From: a virus
Direction: 5' to 3' (one strand)
Virus record (IMG/VR): IMGVR_UViG_3300032272_000003
Location: 1 to 64,000 of that record
DNA length: 64,000 bases
Under the pieces are notes generated by a model that searched no databases, was not told the origin of the DNA, and worked only from the letters and a program-made list of their open reading frames with translations. A program made the position numbers and the translations under genes. This document shows, in pieces, positions 32,001 through 41,923 of the stretch. Position 1 is the stretch's first letter. Every line of letters begins with the position of its first letter.

Positions 32001-33065
32001 AATATGAGATTTTTTCAATATCAATCTAGGGTCGCCGTGGAACTGTTTCTTTATGAATGTGAGTTTCCATAATTCTGCCTTTCCGCCAGTGAATGGATTA
32101 TGTGATCTCTCTTTTCTCAACGAACATGTAGCTATACCAACATTAGCCGCCAATAATCGAATTGATTGTAAAGCATCCTTATCAGCACAATGTAATACAA
32201 CGCTACCACGAGAGTCTACACATCCGTCTGCTGATATATGTCCTGCTATAAATCCCCGCATGTAGCTAACATTTTGATTCGTTGGTAACTGTTTGTAATG
32301 TTGTGGGAGTCCACGAACAGTATAAACACCCATAGGATCATTTTTATATTGACTTGTTCTGAAATAATCAAAATAATCAACTACGAGATGTCTACTATCA
32401 TCGAATTGATTTAACACACAAAATATCTCGTCTTTATGATCCTTATATAATGAACCATCACCATAACATATACCATGCTTTATACCTTCCAAGTATGATT
32501 CATCATCATACTCTATATCATTAGACCATCCAAAGGGAATGTTACAATTTACCAAATGTTTAGTAGTGACACGCTCATATCCTCCTCTAGGTTTAGTAAC
32601 AACCCATTCATGTCCTTCAGTGGCTTCTAGGGTATCTCCATTTGAGAGTAATACCCTAAACAGCGGTTGTTGGCCATATGAATGCCATTCGGCTGGTCGA
32701 TACTTATTATCAATACCTAATGTATTGACTGTTTTACCTACCAATGTTCTAGCAGGAAACACCCCTTTATCAGTGTGTACTTTGGTGTCGCCCTGAATAC
32801 AGTTGATGAATGTAGTGCCTCCCCACTCGGTACCGGCATTAGAATAGATTCGGCCACCGGCTGTGCCTTTAAATTCTGTTAGTAGATCATAAAACTGGTC
32901 TTCCCAGTGCTGTCTTACTTCTTCCTTTTCGCATTGAGCCATTGCACTAGCGACACGACGGAACGTTGTATCAACGTGATCATCGTTATGGTCCCTGTAC
33001 GTACTGCTCCAAACTTCTTCTGGGAAGAGGTCTTGGAACTGGGTGTCGTGTTTATCTGTTGGCAT
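29031..33065 (-). CDS. nrdJ: class II (B12-dependent) ribonucleotide reductase with two inteins
   Basis: GGRIYSNAG, NC, AEPG, TNPCGEQ (after splicing), PTGNTS, C-terminal TSCPD-like domain and CxxC..CxxC..KC tail; no nrdB nearby. Confidence 0.88.
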   Translation of the reverse strand: MPTDKHDTQFQDLFPEEVWSSTYRDHNDDHVDTTFRRVASAMAQCEKEEVRQHWEDQFYDLLTEFKGTAGGRIYSNAGTEWGGTTFINCIQGDTKVHTDKGVFPARTLVGKTVNTLGIDNKYRPAEWHSYGQQPLFRVLLSNGDTLEATEGHEWVVTKPRGGYERVTTKHLVNCNIPFGWSNDIEYDDESYLEGIKHGICYGDGSLYKDHKDEIFCVLNQFDDSRHLVVDYFDYFRTSQYKNDPMGVYTVRGLPQHYKQLPTNQNVSYMRGFIAGHISADGCVDSRGSVVLHCADKDALQSIRLLAANVGIATCSLRKERSHNPFTGGKAELWKLTFIKKQFHGDPRLILKKSHIDKMAASPVPKMNQTIKVVAVEPTNRIEEVFCCVEPETHTMVIGYGILTGQCFVGPRGDYDIDSIEGIYAHLLSQSLTLKSEGGWGENFSYIRPRGSFIHGIGVESPGAVKYMELFDKASDIITAGSGKKSKNKKAKGKIRKGAMMGVMDVWHPDILEFITAKQQAGRLTKFNISVNCTDDFMAAVKNDEQWELIFPNTKFEAYKAEWNGDMALWQSKGYPTVVYDTISAKELWDKIMQGTYNRAEPGVLFLDRANYFNPLNYLEKIFATNPCFHPETVIETCDGPVMIKDITAPTHVYSMDSDGSLVMKRASASWITRTNTETLTITTNTGSQLTVTPNHKIYVTGVGYVEAKDLSVGDNLVHLCRTRRGAAYSHATLTRYGCDNDHQEQCEASGRFISGIGSNKGKKTIVPMPDHLRTNLKNQYVRIVSISEGPKTDVYDITVEDTHNLVANNIVAHNCGEQTLSPGNVCCLASLNITQFINKTFTDLNYNAIKKYAKIMVRFLDNVLSTSGAPLPIYKETMLNKRRIGCGILGWASALYMLKVPFASERAAEIREKLMKTMSIATYEASIDLAIEKGKFPLCDPQAHADAPFVKKLGLSKDYMQKLSTTGIRNSSLMSVQPTGNTSIFANVVSGGIEPVFMPEYIRTVIVNTMPDEIADVCPKWFEGEWEETELFKFAKEGDEEILRGVYNEGEYNEVVYKIDKNRGLTREVLCEDYGVRAMKARGEWDVNAEWAKTTMNLTVEEHVSDLKGFAKYVDSAISKTVNVPNDYPYDDFCKIYTDAYDTGYIKGITTYRAGTMATVLAEKEDVHTEEEIILDDVKLPNDADARVKVIKAEGKKWYLTMVAHDGNFNRPFALFVKTNAKEPTVQTSNAIDGLLELAVEKCIKQEHVDNVKKKISGDNNSDKICRAISLLLRHGVLIKNIVRRLDTLDIFVGTFLFQIKKFLSQFIKDGEKVEGESCGECGGQVIYSEGCFKCQNCGSSKCG
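30624..31187 (-). mobile_element. intein 2, mini-intein (188 aa)
   Basis: Starts CFHPET; VTPNHK; VYDITV...HN followed by C; splits NP|CGE. Confidence 0.92.
31851..32801 (-). mobile_element. intein 1 with LAGLIDADG endonuclease (317 aa)
   Basis: Starts CIQGDT; block B ATEGHEW; GICYGDG and GHISADG; ends TGQ before Cys; AT-richer than flanks. Confidence 0.9.
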
Positions 33066-33481
33066 ACATTCTCCTTGTTAACTTGCTGCACTTTGACGCC
33101 ATTATCTTGTAGAAAGTCGATCCCGTCTGTGATACGGTAGGCTTCAGTGTAGAAGACTTCCTTTATTCCTGATGATTTAATTAGTAATGAACACGGCAGG
33201 CACGGTGCATGTGTTACGAACGCAGTAGCTCCATCTCCAGACTCATTACTCTTGGCGAGCTTGGCGATAGCGTTTAGTTCTGCATGTAGCACTGTTGGGA
33301 GCGTTGAGTTGTTTTCACATTCACAAACGTTCGGTTGGCCGGGCGGTGTTCCGTTGTATCCTATCGATATGATCCTATTATCTTTGACTATGACACATCC
33401 AACTTTTAGCCTCTCACAGTAAGATAATTGCCCATACACGTATGCACATTTCATATGTGCATGAACGAACTTGTCTTTCAT
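32915..33481 (-). CDS. dCMP deaminase
   Basis: GYNG, HAELNAI, PCLPC; start reassigned to MKDKF behind GGAGG. Confidence 0.92.
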   Translation of the reverse strand: MKDKFVHAHMKCAYVYGQLSYCERLKVGCVIVKDNRIISIGYNGTPPGQPNVCECENNSTLPTVLHAELNAIAKLAKSNESGDGATAFVTHAPCLPCSLLIKSSGIKEVFYTEAYRITDGIDFLQDNGVKVQQVNKENVCQQINTTPSSKTSSQKKFGAVRTGTITMITLIQRSVVSLVQWLNAKRKK

Positions 33482-34835
33482 TGATCCTCCGATTGTTGTA
33501 TTTAGTTGGACAGTTTTATTGGGTGTCGGTTCCGCTAACAAAGACCATTGTTGATGATTCTAATACATGATCAACCATACAAATATAGTCAATGATCGGT
33601 GCACAGAACTTCTCTGCCTCTGTTTCATCGACGTATGCTGAATACAGTCTATCCATAATAGGTTCCATCATCTTACGTTGATTGTAGTGACATAACACAT
33701 CGTAAAGGTTGGTGATGGCAAGGAATGCCAGGGTGTCGCTTTCTTCTGTTCGGTCGTTTATAAAATCGATAGCAACATTCAAAGCTATATTGGCTTTCTG
33801 TGTTACTAAAATCTCAGGTAGTTCTGTTAAGGACATTACATTTTCTCCACTATTTTAACCAAGTCTCTTAGACGTTGGGATTTTCTAACTCGCATCCCAA
33901 AAAGCACCCGTGCAAAGTATGGGCGGTTATTTGGATACCCCTCTGATTCGTAATTGTAAACCTCCATGAACTCATTATCTGATATCGTGTTTATGAAGGA
34001 TACCATTTTGCTGATATTCATTATTGATATCTTTGTGACAAATGTTGCATCAGAAATGTGATATGCCTCACGGAGTTTTAGATACTCATCGATCAACTCA
34101 CTCATAGTTTGAGAGCTATGTATGCCACGGTAACGTCATCAGACGGTGTGATGATGTGGTTATACAGAGTATATTCCATCGTGATCAACTCGATCTGCTC
34201 GGCATCGGTTAGTAGATTGATTTTCAACTTGAGCATGAATCGTTCTTCGATCTGATCCGTGAGTAAAGATAGAATACCATTCAAATCCGTGCCTATTTGT
34301 GATGCCGTTCCTTGTGGGAATGCTTTGTTGGCCCAAACACTAACCTCATTATAAACAGAGGGTATCACGTAGAACATGTAACTCTGGTCGTACAGCTCTT
34401 GCACCTTGTTTGGCCTTACGTGTTTCATATCCATAACATTCTCCTAAAGTTTGTATAAGGCAGCATATGCCCCTTGTAAAATAATACTTGGTTCCTCAAT
34501 GTAATTATAAATCTCTTTCTCTTCTGTGATGGCTTCGATGAGTTCATCGTCATCGGCGGTCGCCACGGCATCCAAGAATTGAGTTATACCGTCGAAGATA
34601 TCTCTGAAGCACATCTTCATGTTAGATACTACTGATACTGCGTCAGTCTTGGCCTCGTATTCTGCATTGTTATATGCCTGTTCGCCCTCTTCCTCATTAC
34701 CAAAATCTATGTGCATCTTGAATGCATTAGATACAACCTTATCAACCTGAGTCTCGACATCTTCTACTACCCCATGATATTCGTTGTGCATGTCTCTGAA
34801 TGCACGGATGGTTGGGTTGCTATGCCATGCTGTTA

Positions 34836-36104
34836 TCATAGTTTCATCAGCATCGGTAGATGATCGTATTCCCGCTTACCTAACCCGATGTCGTGCCATA
34901 CGATCTGGTGATTAGGATTGAAATCGCTCTCTTCTACCGTGTACTCATGATAGGTGAACGTATGCCCGACGTGCAACATTACCTGTTCGTCGACCAGGTG
35001 GTCCAGTACGAATTCTGATAACAGGTCAACCGAGTCCGGTGCCTTATACACCACGGCTGATTCGTCAGTCGATCCACGAGGGCACATACCCATGGCCAGG
35101 TGCTTGTTGATACCAGCATGAACGAAGAAGTGAGTATACCCACCATCCTTCATAGTCAGGTAATACTGAGCGATGTTATCGTAGTAGTCGATGAAGTCGG
35201 CAGCATATCGATCCATTTCTATAGGTTCCAATGTAAAGAACTCATCGATGGTTCCTTTGAGGCCATGTGCCAATTTCATATCGTATGTCGGTGGGTTAGT
35301 ACTGACATATCCACTTGCATCTTCCACAGACAGTTCTAACATGTAATCTGGGTCTTTCTGCCACTTACGGAAGTAATGTGCCAACTTCTTGTCATGGTTT
35401 GACTTGACGATGTGTGCCCGACCGGCATGGAGTAGTCCCAACACTCGATAGAATGTTCGGCGTGATGACTTACCACGGTCTACCAGGTCACCTAAGAATA
35501 TGTATTGGTGATGTGGATAGTCCCTAAGATAATATTCGAGTGCATCGATATCACCATGAAGATCAGGGATGACAACATAATGCTTGTCGGGGTCGAGGAT
35601 ATGATCATCCCCAGAGTTACCGGCGAAGGTCACATACACATCATCAACCTGCTCGATCTTGACGTGATCATATAGCTTCGGTAGGACGGTCTCATCTATC
35701 CGGGTAACCTGGCGATGATAGGCGTGAAGATAGTGCCACCGATGCTTCATACGTTCATGTGTGACTTCTTCTGGATGTAGGTGAGGGAATTGAACGGCCA
35801 TGAGCGGTCGCTTTTGTTCTTTGGCAATATCATAGACACGTTGTATCAGACCGCGACTGCCGGTGCTATCGATGATAGTTGTCAGTCCAGCCTTTGCTCG
35901 TTCCTCTACGATGGCATAGAGGATTGTAAACGTAGCGTCGTTATAACGTTGATCTTCAAAGTCCCCACTCAACTGTTGTCGAATGAGGTCTGAGGATACC
36001 ACTTGATGTTCCGCAAAATGCTTCTTACAAAATGTGCTCTTCCCAGTACCCATTGCGCCGATAAGTACCACTAATGCGGACTTTGGAATGTTGATTCCAG
36101 TCAT
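34836..36104 (-). CDS. polynucleotide kinase-phosphatase (P-loop kinase + metallophosphoesterase)
   Basis: GAMGTGKSTF, SSD.IR; DLHG, GDLVDRG, SNHD, HAG; layout of the bacterial Pnkp N-terminal domains. Confidence 0.8.
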   Translation of the reverse strand: MTGINIPKSALVVLIGAMGTGKSTFCKKHFAEHQVVSSDLIRQQLSGDFEDQRYNDATFTILYAIVEERAKAGLTTIIDSTGSRGLIQRVYDIAKEQKRPLMAVQFPHLHPEEVTHERMKHRWHYLHAYHRQVTRIDETVLPKLYDHVKIEQVDDVYVTFAGNSGDDHILDPDKHYVVIPDLHGDIDALEYYLRDYPHHQYIFLGDLVDRGKSSRRTFYRVLGLLHAGRAHIVKSNHDKKLAHYFRKWQKDPDYMLELSVEDASGYVSTNPPTYDMKLAHGLKGTIDEFFTLEPIEMDRYAADFIDYYDNIAQYYLTMKDGGYTHFFVHAGINKHLAMGMCPRGSTDESAVVYKAPDSVDLLSEFVLDHLVDEQVMLHVGHTFTYHEYTVEESDFNPNHQIVWHDIGLGKREYDHLPMLMKL

Positions 36105-36481
36105 GTTATCCTCCTAAGTTGTTGATCTAATTAACGATTATCCCTACGTTTGGTCGGTCTTGGTTGCCTGATGTTGTGACCAAGTAGCTTAGATGAAGTC
36201 GATTTCAGTTCCATGATGAGTTCTTTACGTATAATTGCCTTTGCCTTGTTAGTCAATTTATACAACTTACGATCATGTTTGTGTTGTTTATCGTCTTCTT
36301 CAATCCATCCACCCAGTACATCACGGTTTACCATGGCCAAATAGCCAGATGACGTGTCATTATACACTGTCATCCTTACATCGTCCATAGCATTTTTTAC
36401 CCTTGCACCGCTGGCGATATCGTCTTTAATTCGGTCTACCATCATATCATGGTTTATTATAGTCATAGTCATAGCTTGTAT

Positions 36482-37642
36482 TTATTCCTCATTCATCATA
36501 AAACATCCCTGTGAAAGTCCATATACAGTTTTGTAGTTCTGTGAGTGGAGGGCGAACACCTTATAATCTACATCGTGCCCTAGATACATGGACATACATA
36601 GTCCGGCCACACCCTTACAATCCATTTCAGAGAATACCTTAATGGCAAACTCCTTACGGTCCTTATCCTTGTTAGCGGCATAGAACGCCTCAACTTGAGC
36701 GATGATGTGGTTATGACGTGTAGTTATCATATCTATGGCCTTATCAATGATCTTACAGGCCACAGGATCGTCGTGGATCACCGATCTCGCATCATCAATG
36801 GTCTCGTTAATGACTGCCTCAAACAAAGCCCTAGGCGAGCTTAGGTTGAATTTTATACGATGACGTTCCAGGTACCACTTAGTCTTCAGCTTGAACATAG
36901 AATCATCTTCAAGCTGAACGACAAAGCCTTCAATCTTCTGCTTGTCATAAGCGGCATCAATCCACGCACGAGTGTCACCCTTGATATCAAATGATTTTAC
37001 TCGATAATTATTCAGAATGGAATCGTCGAGCATCATTTCATCATCGACACGGATGCCTAACATATGATCCCGAATACCAAGGACAATCAAGTGAGGCTTT
37101 TCATATCCAATAACGACCCGGTTGTCGGGTGCTACCCACTCCATGACAACTGTGTAGTCGGCATTCGTAAGTCTGTCTAGTTCAAGGCGTAGTTCTATCT
37201 GCTCTGGTTGGTCAAGCCAAACCATAGCTGCCTGGGCCTGTGTAGAGGTGAGTGAAGTCTTGGACTTCAGCATCAGCTTCTCACCGTGCCGGTAAGTAGA
37301 GATCAGAGAACCATCAGCCTTATCCCATACATTCTTGAATGATGTCAAATCCAACACCGAGTCATCGGTCAATGGATTCTCATTCAAGTTGAAGAACTTG
37401 GGGAACGGGAGGGATGCCAGACGTGCTGGTGATCCGTTGGCGTTCATTTCAAACATATGACCACGACACTCCATAGCATTGGGTAGCACGAAGTCCTGGT
37501 AACGTGCCAGGCGATATGAAAATACTCGATAAGTGATACCATCCATCACATGATCTTTAAAATAGAATGCCTCGTTGGTGTTCACCAAGTTCATCAGGTC
37601 ATTCCAAAGCTTTAGTTCAAAATCAAAATGTAATTGCATCAT
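36482..37642 (-). CDS. RNA ligase 1 (T4 RnlA-like)
   Basis: ECRG..F, KFFNLNE, KADGSL, E...P.NR.V, EGFV, KLKT.WY. Confidence 0.92.
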   Translation of the reverse strand: MMQLHFDFELKLWNDLMNLVNTNEAFYFKDHVMDGITYRVFSYRLARYQDFVLPNAMECRGHMFEMNANGSPARLASLPFPKFFNLNENPLTDDSVLDLTSFKNVWDKADGSLISTYRHGEKLMLKSKTSLTSTQAQAAMVWLDQPEQIELRLELDRLTNADYTVVMEWVAPDNRVVIGYEKPHLIVLGIRDHMLGIRVDDEMMLDDSILNNYRVKSFDIKGDTRAWIDAAYDKQKIEGFVVQLEDDSMFKLKTKWYLERHRIKFNLSSPRALFEAVINETIDDARSVIHDDPVACKIIDKAIDMITTRHNHIIAQVEAFYAANKDKDRKEFAIKVFSEMDCKGVAGLCMSMYLGHDVDYKVFALHSQNYKTVYGLSQGCFMMNEE

Positions 37643-38261
37643 ATTCTCCTAGAATAGTTCATCCTGTGCCTAATCATCAGGTACCGGCTGTTTGTGCCAA
37701 CCTAAATCTTCGAGACCGAAAGTATCGATTAGGTCATTGGCATACTTGTTACCGAGTCTATCAGCAACATCACCCAGTGTCAACGATATTAAGTTGTGAG
37801 TGAACGGGCCATTCTGTTTAATGGCCCGTTTGATACTATCCTCAGCCTCCGCTAATATTTCAGATTTAACCACGAGGCACCTCCGTAACATTAACACCCC
37901 AGGCAGCACGTAGATTGTACACAACACGGCCAGGGTCTTCTTGATAGTAACCGTCATAGGCTTCTATACAATCCTTCACAACAAAGGCATCTGATCCAAC
38001 CCTACAATAATGTTCAACATCAACATGAAACCCATCAAACTTAAACCTCAATTTATACTGTACCATCATACTCTCCATTCTTTACTAGTTTAACTTCCCA
38101 TGAGTACAATTCTATTTCCCATGAGCACCACGATGGACGAACATAAATGTATAATCCATCCACGTGGGTTACGGTACCACGTACAGGATATTGGCGATGT
38201 TCTAACGGCCTAATATCCTTACGTAGAATGTCAACTTTATTACCGGCTTCCATTAGGTCTC

Positions 38262-39617
38262 CTATTCGTCGTTGATGTGGATTACTTGAGCGCCTTCGAC
38301 GTTCAAGTCTTTATTACCAGCACGAGTTACGATCATCAGCACTGGAATGCCATCAATTGCAGTCTCTACTGACTGCTCGGGGATGTACCCATCGGTCACG
38401 ATGACAATACACGCTGGCTCGTCATCCATTTCGTTAGCCATATCAACCATCGGTGCCATGTCGGTACCACCACCACCCACCAATTCTTTATTGACTGAGG
38501 TGAAATCGTCACCATCTTCGCTGTTGAAGCTGTCGATGATATGGGCTTTCGTATCACAAGACATCAAATCCATATCCCACGACTCGTATGTGTCCATGAT
38601 TGATGCAAGTTCGGTCATAGCCTCACCCAGGTCTGCTGCTGACATTGAGCCAGAGGTATCTACACCAAACGCAAGTTTGATGTGGTCACCGGTCATGGTC
38701 GGGAAACAAACAGTGTTTGAGCGACGGCTGATACGGTTGTACGTGTAACGGTTGCGGCTTGTTTCGGTTACGAAGTCTTGTAACAAGTTCTTCCAAGGAA
38801 TAACTGGCTCGATCATATTCTCGAACAAGCGAAGCAGACCGGCAGAACCAGAACCAGCCTGACGGTCATCAGCCGAAGCCTGACCAACAGCGGCAGAGAT
38901 TTTCTGCTTGTTCTCGGCCTTGGTGGCTGCGCCAACTTCTTCCTGGCTGATATGATCGAATGGACGTGGCTTCTTACCCTTGCCTTCGCCTGAACCTTCA
39001 CCACCCTGACCACCTTCTTCACCATCTTCTTCACCATCACCTGGCTCACCAAACTCTTCCAGAGCTTTTTCAAGGCTGTTCTTAGCCTCTTCCAAAATAT
39101 CATGGTAGATAGCGTCAGATGACATATCTTTGTACTTGACATCATACAGGCCAAAGTCTGGCATAGCCAAAGTCTTCTCGGCAGTATCCATATGCTTCAG
39201 ATATGAATTGATACAGTAATCGGCTGCAATGTTCCACAGCATTGGGTGGTAGGTCAGCTCACGCTGGCGACCGATGTGATCCAAGAAGATGTGAAGGATT
39301 TCGTGAGCCAATACAAAGGCACGTTCCTTACGATTCTTCAAGATATTCATCATAAAATCTGGGTTGATGAACACTGTGGATGTTGGGATGGTGGTTGCTG
39401 CCATTGTTGGCAGATCATTTGTGTAGTAATAGTTACAAGACATCACCAGGAAGCCCATGAACGGATATTTCAGTGTAAGGTCGATCTTGGCATTCAGTAG
39501 AGCTTTCTTCAGCTCTTCAGTGACCTCAATCGGTTTGGCTGCACTTGGGTTGTGATCAAATTCACCCTTCTTTGATGCTGACTCTTCCGTCTGCTGTGTC
39601 ATTGTTGTATCGGTCAT
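38262..39617 (-). CDS. DUF2201-type metallopeptidase-like + vWA protein
   Basis: HEILH, WNIAADYCIN, DTSGSM MIDAS, GGGGTD, TDG. Confidence 0.88.
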   Translation of the reverse strand: MTDTTMTQQTEESASKKGEFDHNPSAAKPIEVTEELKKALLNAKIDLTLKYPFMGFLVMSCNYYYTNDLPTMAATTIPTSTVFINPDFMMNILKNRKERAFVLAHEILHIFLDHIGRQRELTYHPMLWNIAADYCINSYLKHMDTAEKTLAMPDFGLYDVKYKDMSSDAIYHDILEEAKNSLEKALEEFGEPGDGEEDGEEGGQGGEGSGEGKGKKPRPFDHISQEEVGAATKAENKQKISAAVGQASADDRQAGSGSAGLLRLFENMIEPVIPWKNLLQDFVTETSRNRYTYNRISRRSNTVCFPTMTGDHIKLAFGVDTSGSMSAADLGEAMTELASIMDTYESWDMDLMSCDTKAHIIDSFNSEDGDDFTSVNKELVGGGGTDMAPMVDMANEMDDEPACIVIVTDGYIPEQSVETAIDGIPVLMIVTRAGNKDLNVEGAQVIHINDE

Positions 39618-39644
39618 GTTGTTCTCCTGTTTAACTGTAGGACT

Positions 39645-39674
39645 ATCCTACCATGGTTAAGTTCATCATGTCAA
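39645..39674 (-). promoter_or_regulatory. sigma70-type promoter
   Basis: TTGACA-18-TAGGAT with extended TG. Confidence 0.65.
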
Positions 39675-39736
39675 CTGCTAAAACAAGGAAAGGAGTCCGA
39701 AGACCCCTTTCTCTAGCACCTATACCAACAGTCACA

Positions 39737-40819
39737 TTAGTCAGGGATGTATTTGATCAGTTCTGCGAAGATTTTCTTCGACTTGCTGATGAGCTTCATG
39801 AAAACTTCACGCTTCGTAGAGTTCTTGATGCTCTTGAACAACAGAATCTTGAAGTCATCACCGAGCTGGCTAACCAGACCACCATCGTCCAACAGCACTT
39901 TCATGCGAGCATCGTTGTCGTAGTTATCGATCATGCAAAAGATCAGGCTCGATACTACCGCAAATGTGATACCGATATCATCGGTAGGAATCTGGTATTC
40001 CATTTCACCATCCATGACCTTGTTGAAGTCAGGCAACTTGCTGTAGTACTTGCGGAAAACATCGAAGTCCATAGTGGTACCTTGGCCAACACAGCCAGAC
40101 AGGGCAATGTTCAGGCTTTCTTCGTCATAACCGACATTCATCAGGTAAGACGCTTGTTCCCATGAGCGGGGTGATGCAAACGCCATGTCGTTCTTATATG
40201 GATCGAAGCGATACAGGGCATCTTTACGAAAGTTCAAGAATCCAATGATCTGTTCGTTCAGACCACGACTGATTGCATAAGCAGTCCAGTCATCCACGTT
40301 GGCAGTAATGAATAAGTGCATACCGAAGCGATTGGCCAGGGCAGGTGCAACTTCTTTGGCACCTGTCTTATCAGACTTCAGGTTACCAGCAGCAACGATC
40401 TTCCAACCTGGTGGCAGTTTGCGACCGTTTTGGATGGTGCGATCCAGTACCAGGCGGTAAGCGGCGTGTTGAGTGCTGACGTTAGCATTAGACAGCTCAT
40501 CAAGGAAGATGATGCCCTTACTATCTGGGTCTTCAGGAAACCATGATGGTGTAGAGAATCGCATTTCACCAGACTCTTGCACTACATAAGGAATACCACC
40601 GATGTCTGATGGCTCCAACATCGCCAAGCGAAGGTCAACCATACCAAGGCTATGCTCTTCACAGATTTGTGCAACAAGTGATGACTTACCGATGCCGGGT
40701 GATGAATGAAGGTAGATGGGTGCATGACTGTTCTCATCTGCCAAGATCGGGGCGATCAACTTCGATGCATTTCGAAGTGTTACCGTAATTTCGTTTGAAC
40801 CTGCTGCTTGCTTTGACAT
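39737..40819 (-). CDS. MoxR-like AAA+ ATPase
   Basis: SPGIGKS, FLDEL, AAGN, ALANRF; start reassigned to MSKQ behind AGGAG. Confidence 0.88.
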   Translation of the reverse strand: MSKQAAGSNEITVTLRNASKLIAPILADENSHAPIYLHSSPGIGKSSLVAQICEEHSLGMVDLRLAMLEPSDIGGIPYVVQESGEMRFSTPSWFPEDPDSKGIIFLDELSNANVSTQHAAYRLVLDRTIQNGRKLPPGWKIVAAGNLKSDKTGAKEVAPALANRFGMHLFITANVDDWTAYAISRGLNEQIIGFLNFRKDALYRFDPYKNDMAFASPRSWEQASYLMNVGYDEESLNIALSGCVGQGTTMDFDVFRKYYSKLPDFNKVMDGEMEYQIPTDDIGITFAVVSSLIFCMIDNYDNDARMKVLLDDGGLVSQLGDDFKILLFKSIKNSTKREVFMKLISKSKKIFAELIKYIPD

Positions 40820-40850
40820 CTTCGTCTCCTTGTTGTTGAAGTGTGTAGCT

Positions 40851-40879
40851 ATTTTACCCCGGATTGGGTAGGGAGTCAA
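40851..40879 (-). promoter_or_regulatory. sigma70-type promoter
   Basis: TTGACT-17-TAAAAT. Confidence 0.75.
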
Positions 40880-40954
40880 CCCCATTTTACAATTATTTGA
40901 ACATTAAGTTGAGGTTTTCTGTCTCGGCTCATGTTCTCCTGTGAGTGAAATTAC

Positions 40955-40983
40955 ATATTACCAGGGTAGTTTACAATTGTCAA
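40955..40983 (-). promoter_or_regulatory. sigma70-type promoter
   Basis: TTGACA-17-TAATAT. Confidence 0.75.
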
Positions 40984-40984
40984 C

Positions 40985-41012
40985 AAAAAAAGGCCACCGA
41001 GGTGACCTTTTT
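40985..41012. terminator. intrinsic terminator
   Basis: AAAAGG(C/T)CAC hairpin flanked by A and T runs. Confidence 0.75.
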
Positions 41013-41035
41013 GGAGAAACGATTAATAAACCGTT

Positions 41036-41923
41036 TTATGAAGTCCCACCACGCTTGGCCTTCAATGCAGCCAGCAAGTCTTTGGATGACTTCTTAGGTG
41101 TAGCGTCAGCCTCTTCAGGTACCGCAGCTTCAGGTTCTTCTTGTGCATCTGTACTGGCTTCTGGAGTTGAAGCCTTTGTACTGGTTGCTGGTTTCTTATA
41201 ACCATTTTCATTCTGAGGTGTGGCCAGAATTTCATCAGCAGCTTCCATCCAGGCCAGCACGTCTTCAGCGGCACCGCCTTCAGGTACCAGAGTTGCCAGG
41301 TCATGGAACTCATTAGCATCATCCAACAGTGCTTCGAGTACATCTTCAGGAAGTTCAGAAGTCTTGGCTTCCCAGAAACACTTATCGTAGCGGTTGTTCT
41401 TACCGAGCTTGGTAAGTTTGATGACGAAGTTGTTACCATTTTCGAAATCGAATGGGTCATCAACAGTACCGTTCATAATGCCTTCCAGGGAATTATCCCA
41501 CATGTGGAATGGCATGTTGATCAGTTTGATGACCGAACCATCTTCGTTCTCAGGTATCTCGATAGGGCTATCGATAACGATACACTGGGCAATACGTTTG
41601 CTAGAGTTACGCCATTTATCTGACTCTTCCTTGTTACCGGCCTCTTTCAGTTCCCAGGCACGAGAACAGGCAGGGCAATACTCACCGACGTTCTTAGAAC
41701 ACATCATAGTTTTGATGCGGTTGTCGCGGATATTGTCATGGACGTGGTATTCGACGAAGTAACTACCTGAGTCACCACCGTCTGGTAGGAGCCGTACTTT
41801 CATTGTCTCGTTTTCACCGAGTTTGAAGTAGGGCAGGAATCTTGGGTCTTTGCCACCGTTGGCTTTCTTGTCTTGTTCCACTTTGGTCTGCTTGCGGAAC
41901 TTACTCATATCTAACTTTTTCAT
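41036..41923 (-). CDS. single-stranded DNA-binding protein (gp32-like)
   Basis: VRLLP, H...C...CPAC Zn site, DPFD...G.NF.IK, YD. Confidence 0.85.
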   Translation of the reverse strand: MKKLDMSKFRKQTKVEQDKKANGGKDPRFLPYFKLGENETMKVRLLPDGGDSGSYFVEYHVHDNIRDNRIKTMMCSKNVGEYCPACSRAWELKEAGNKEESDKWRNSSKRIAQCIVIDSPIEIPENEDGSVIKLINMPFHMWDNSLEGIMNGTVDDPFDFENGNNFVIKLTKLGKNNRYDKCFWEAKTSELPEDVLEALLDDANEFHDLATLVPEGGAAEDVLAWMEAADEILATPQNENGYKKPATSTKASTPEASTDAQEEPEAAVPEEADATPKKSSKDLLAALKAKRGGTS

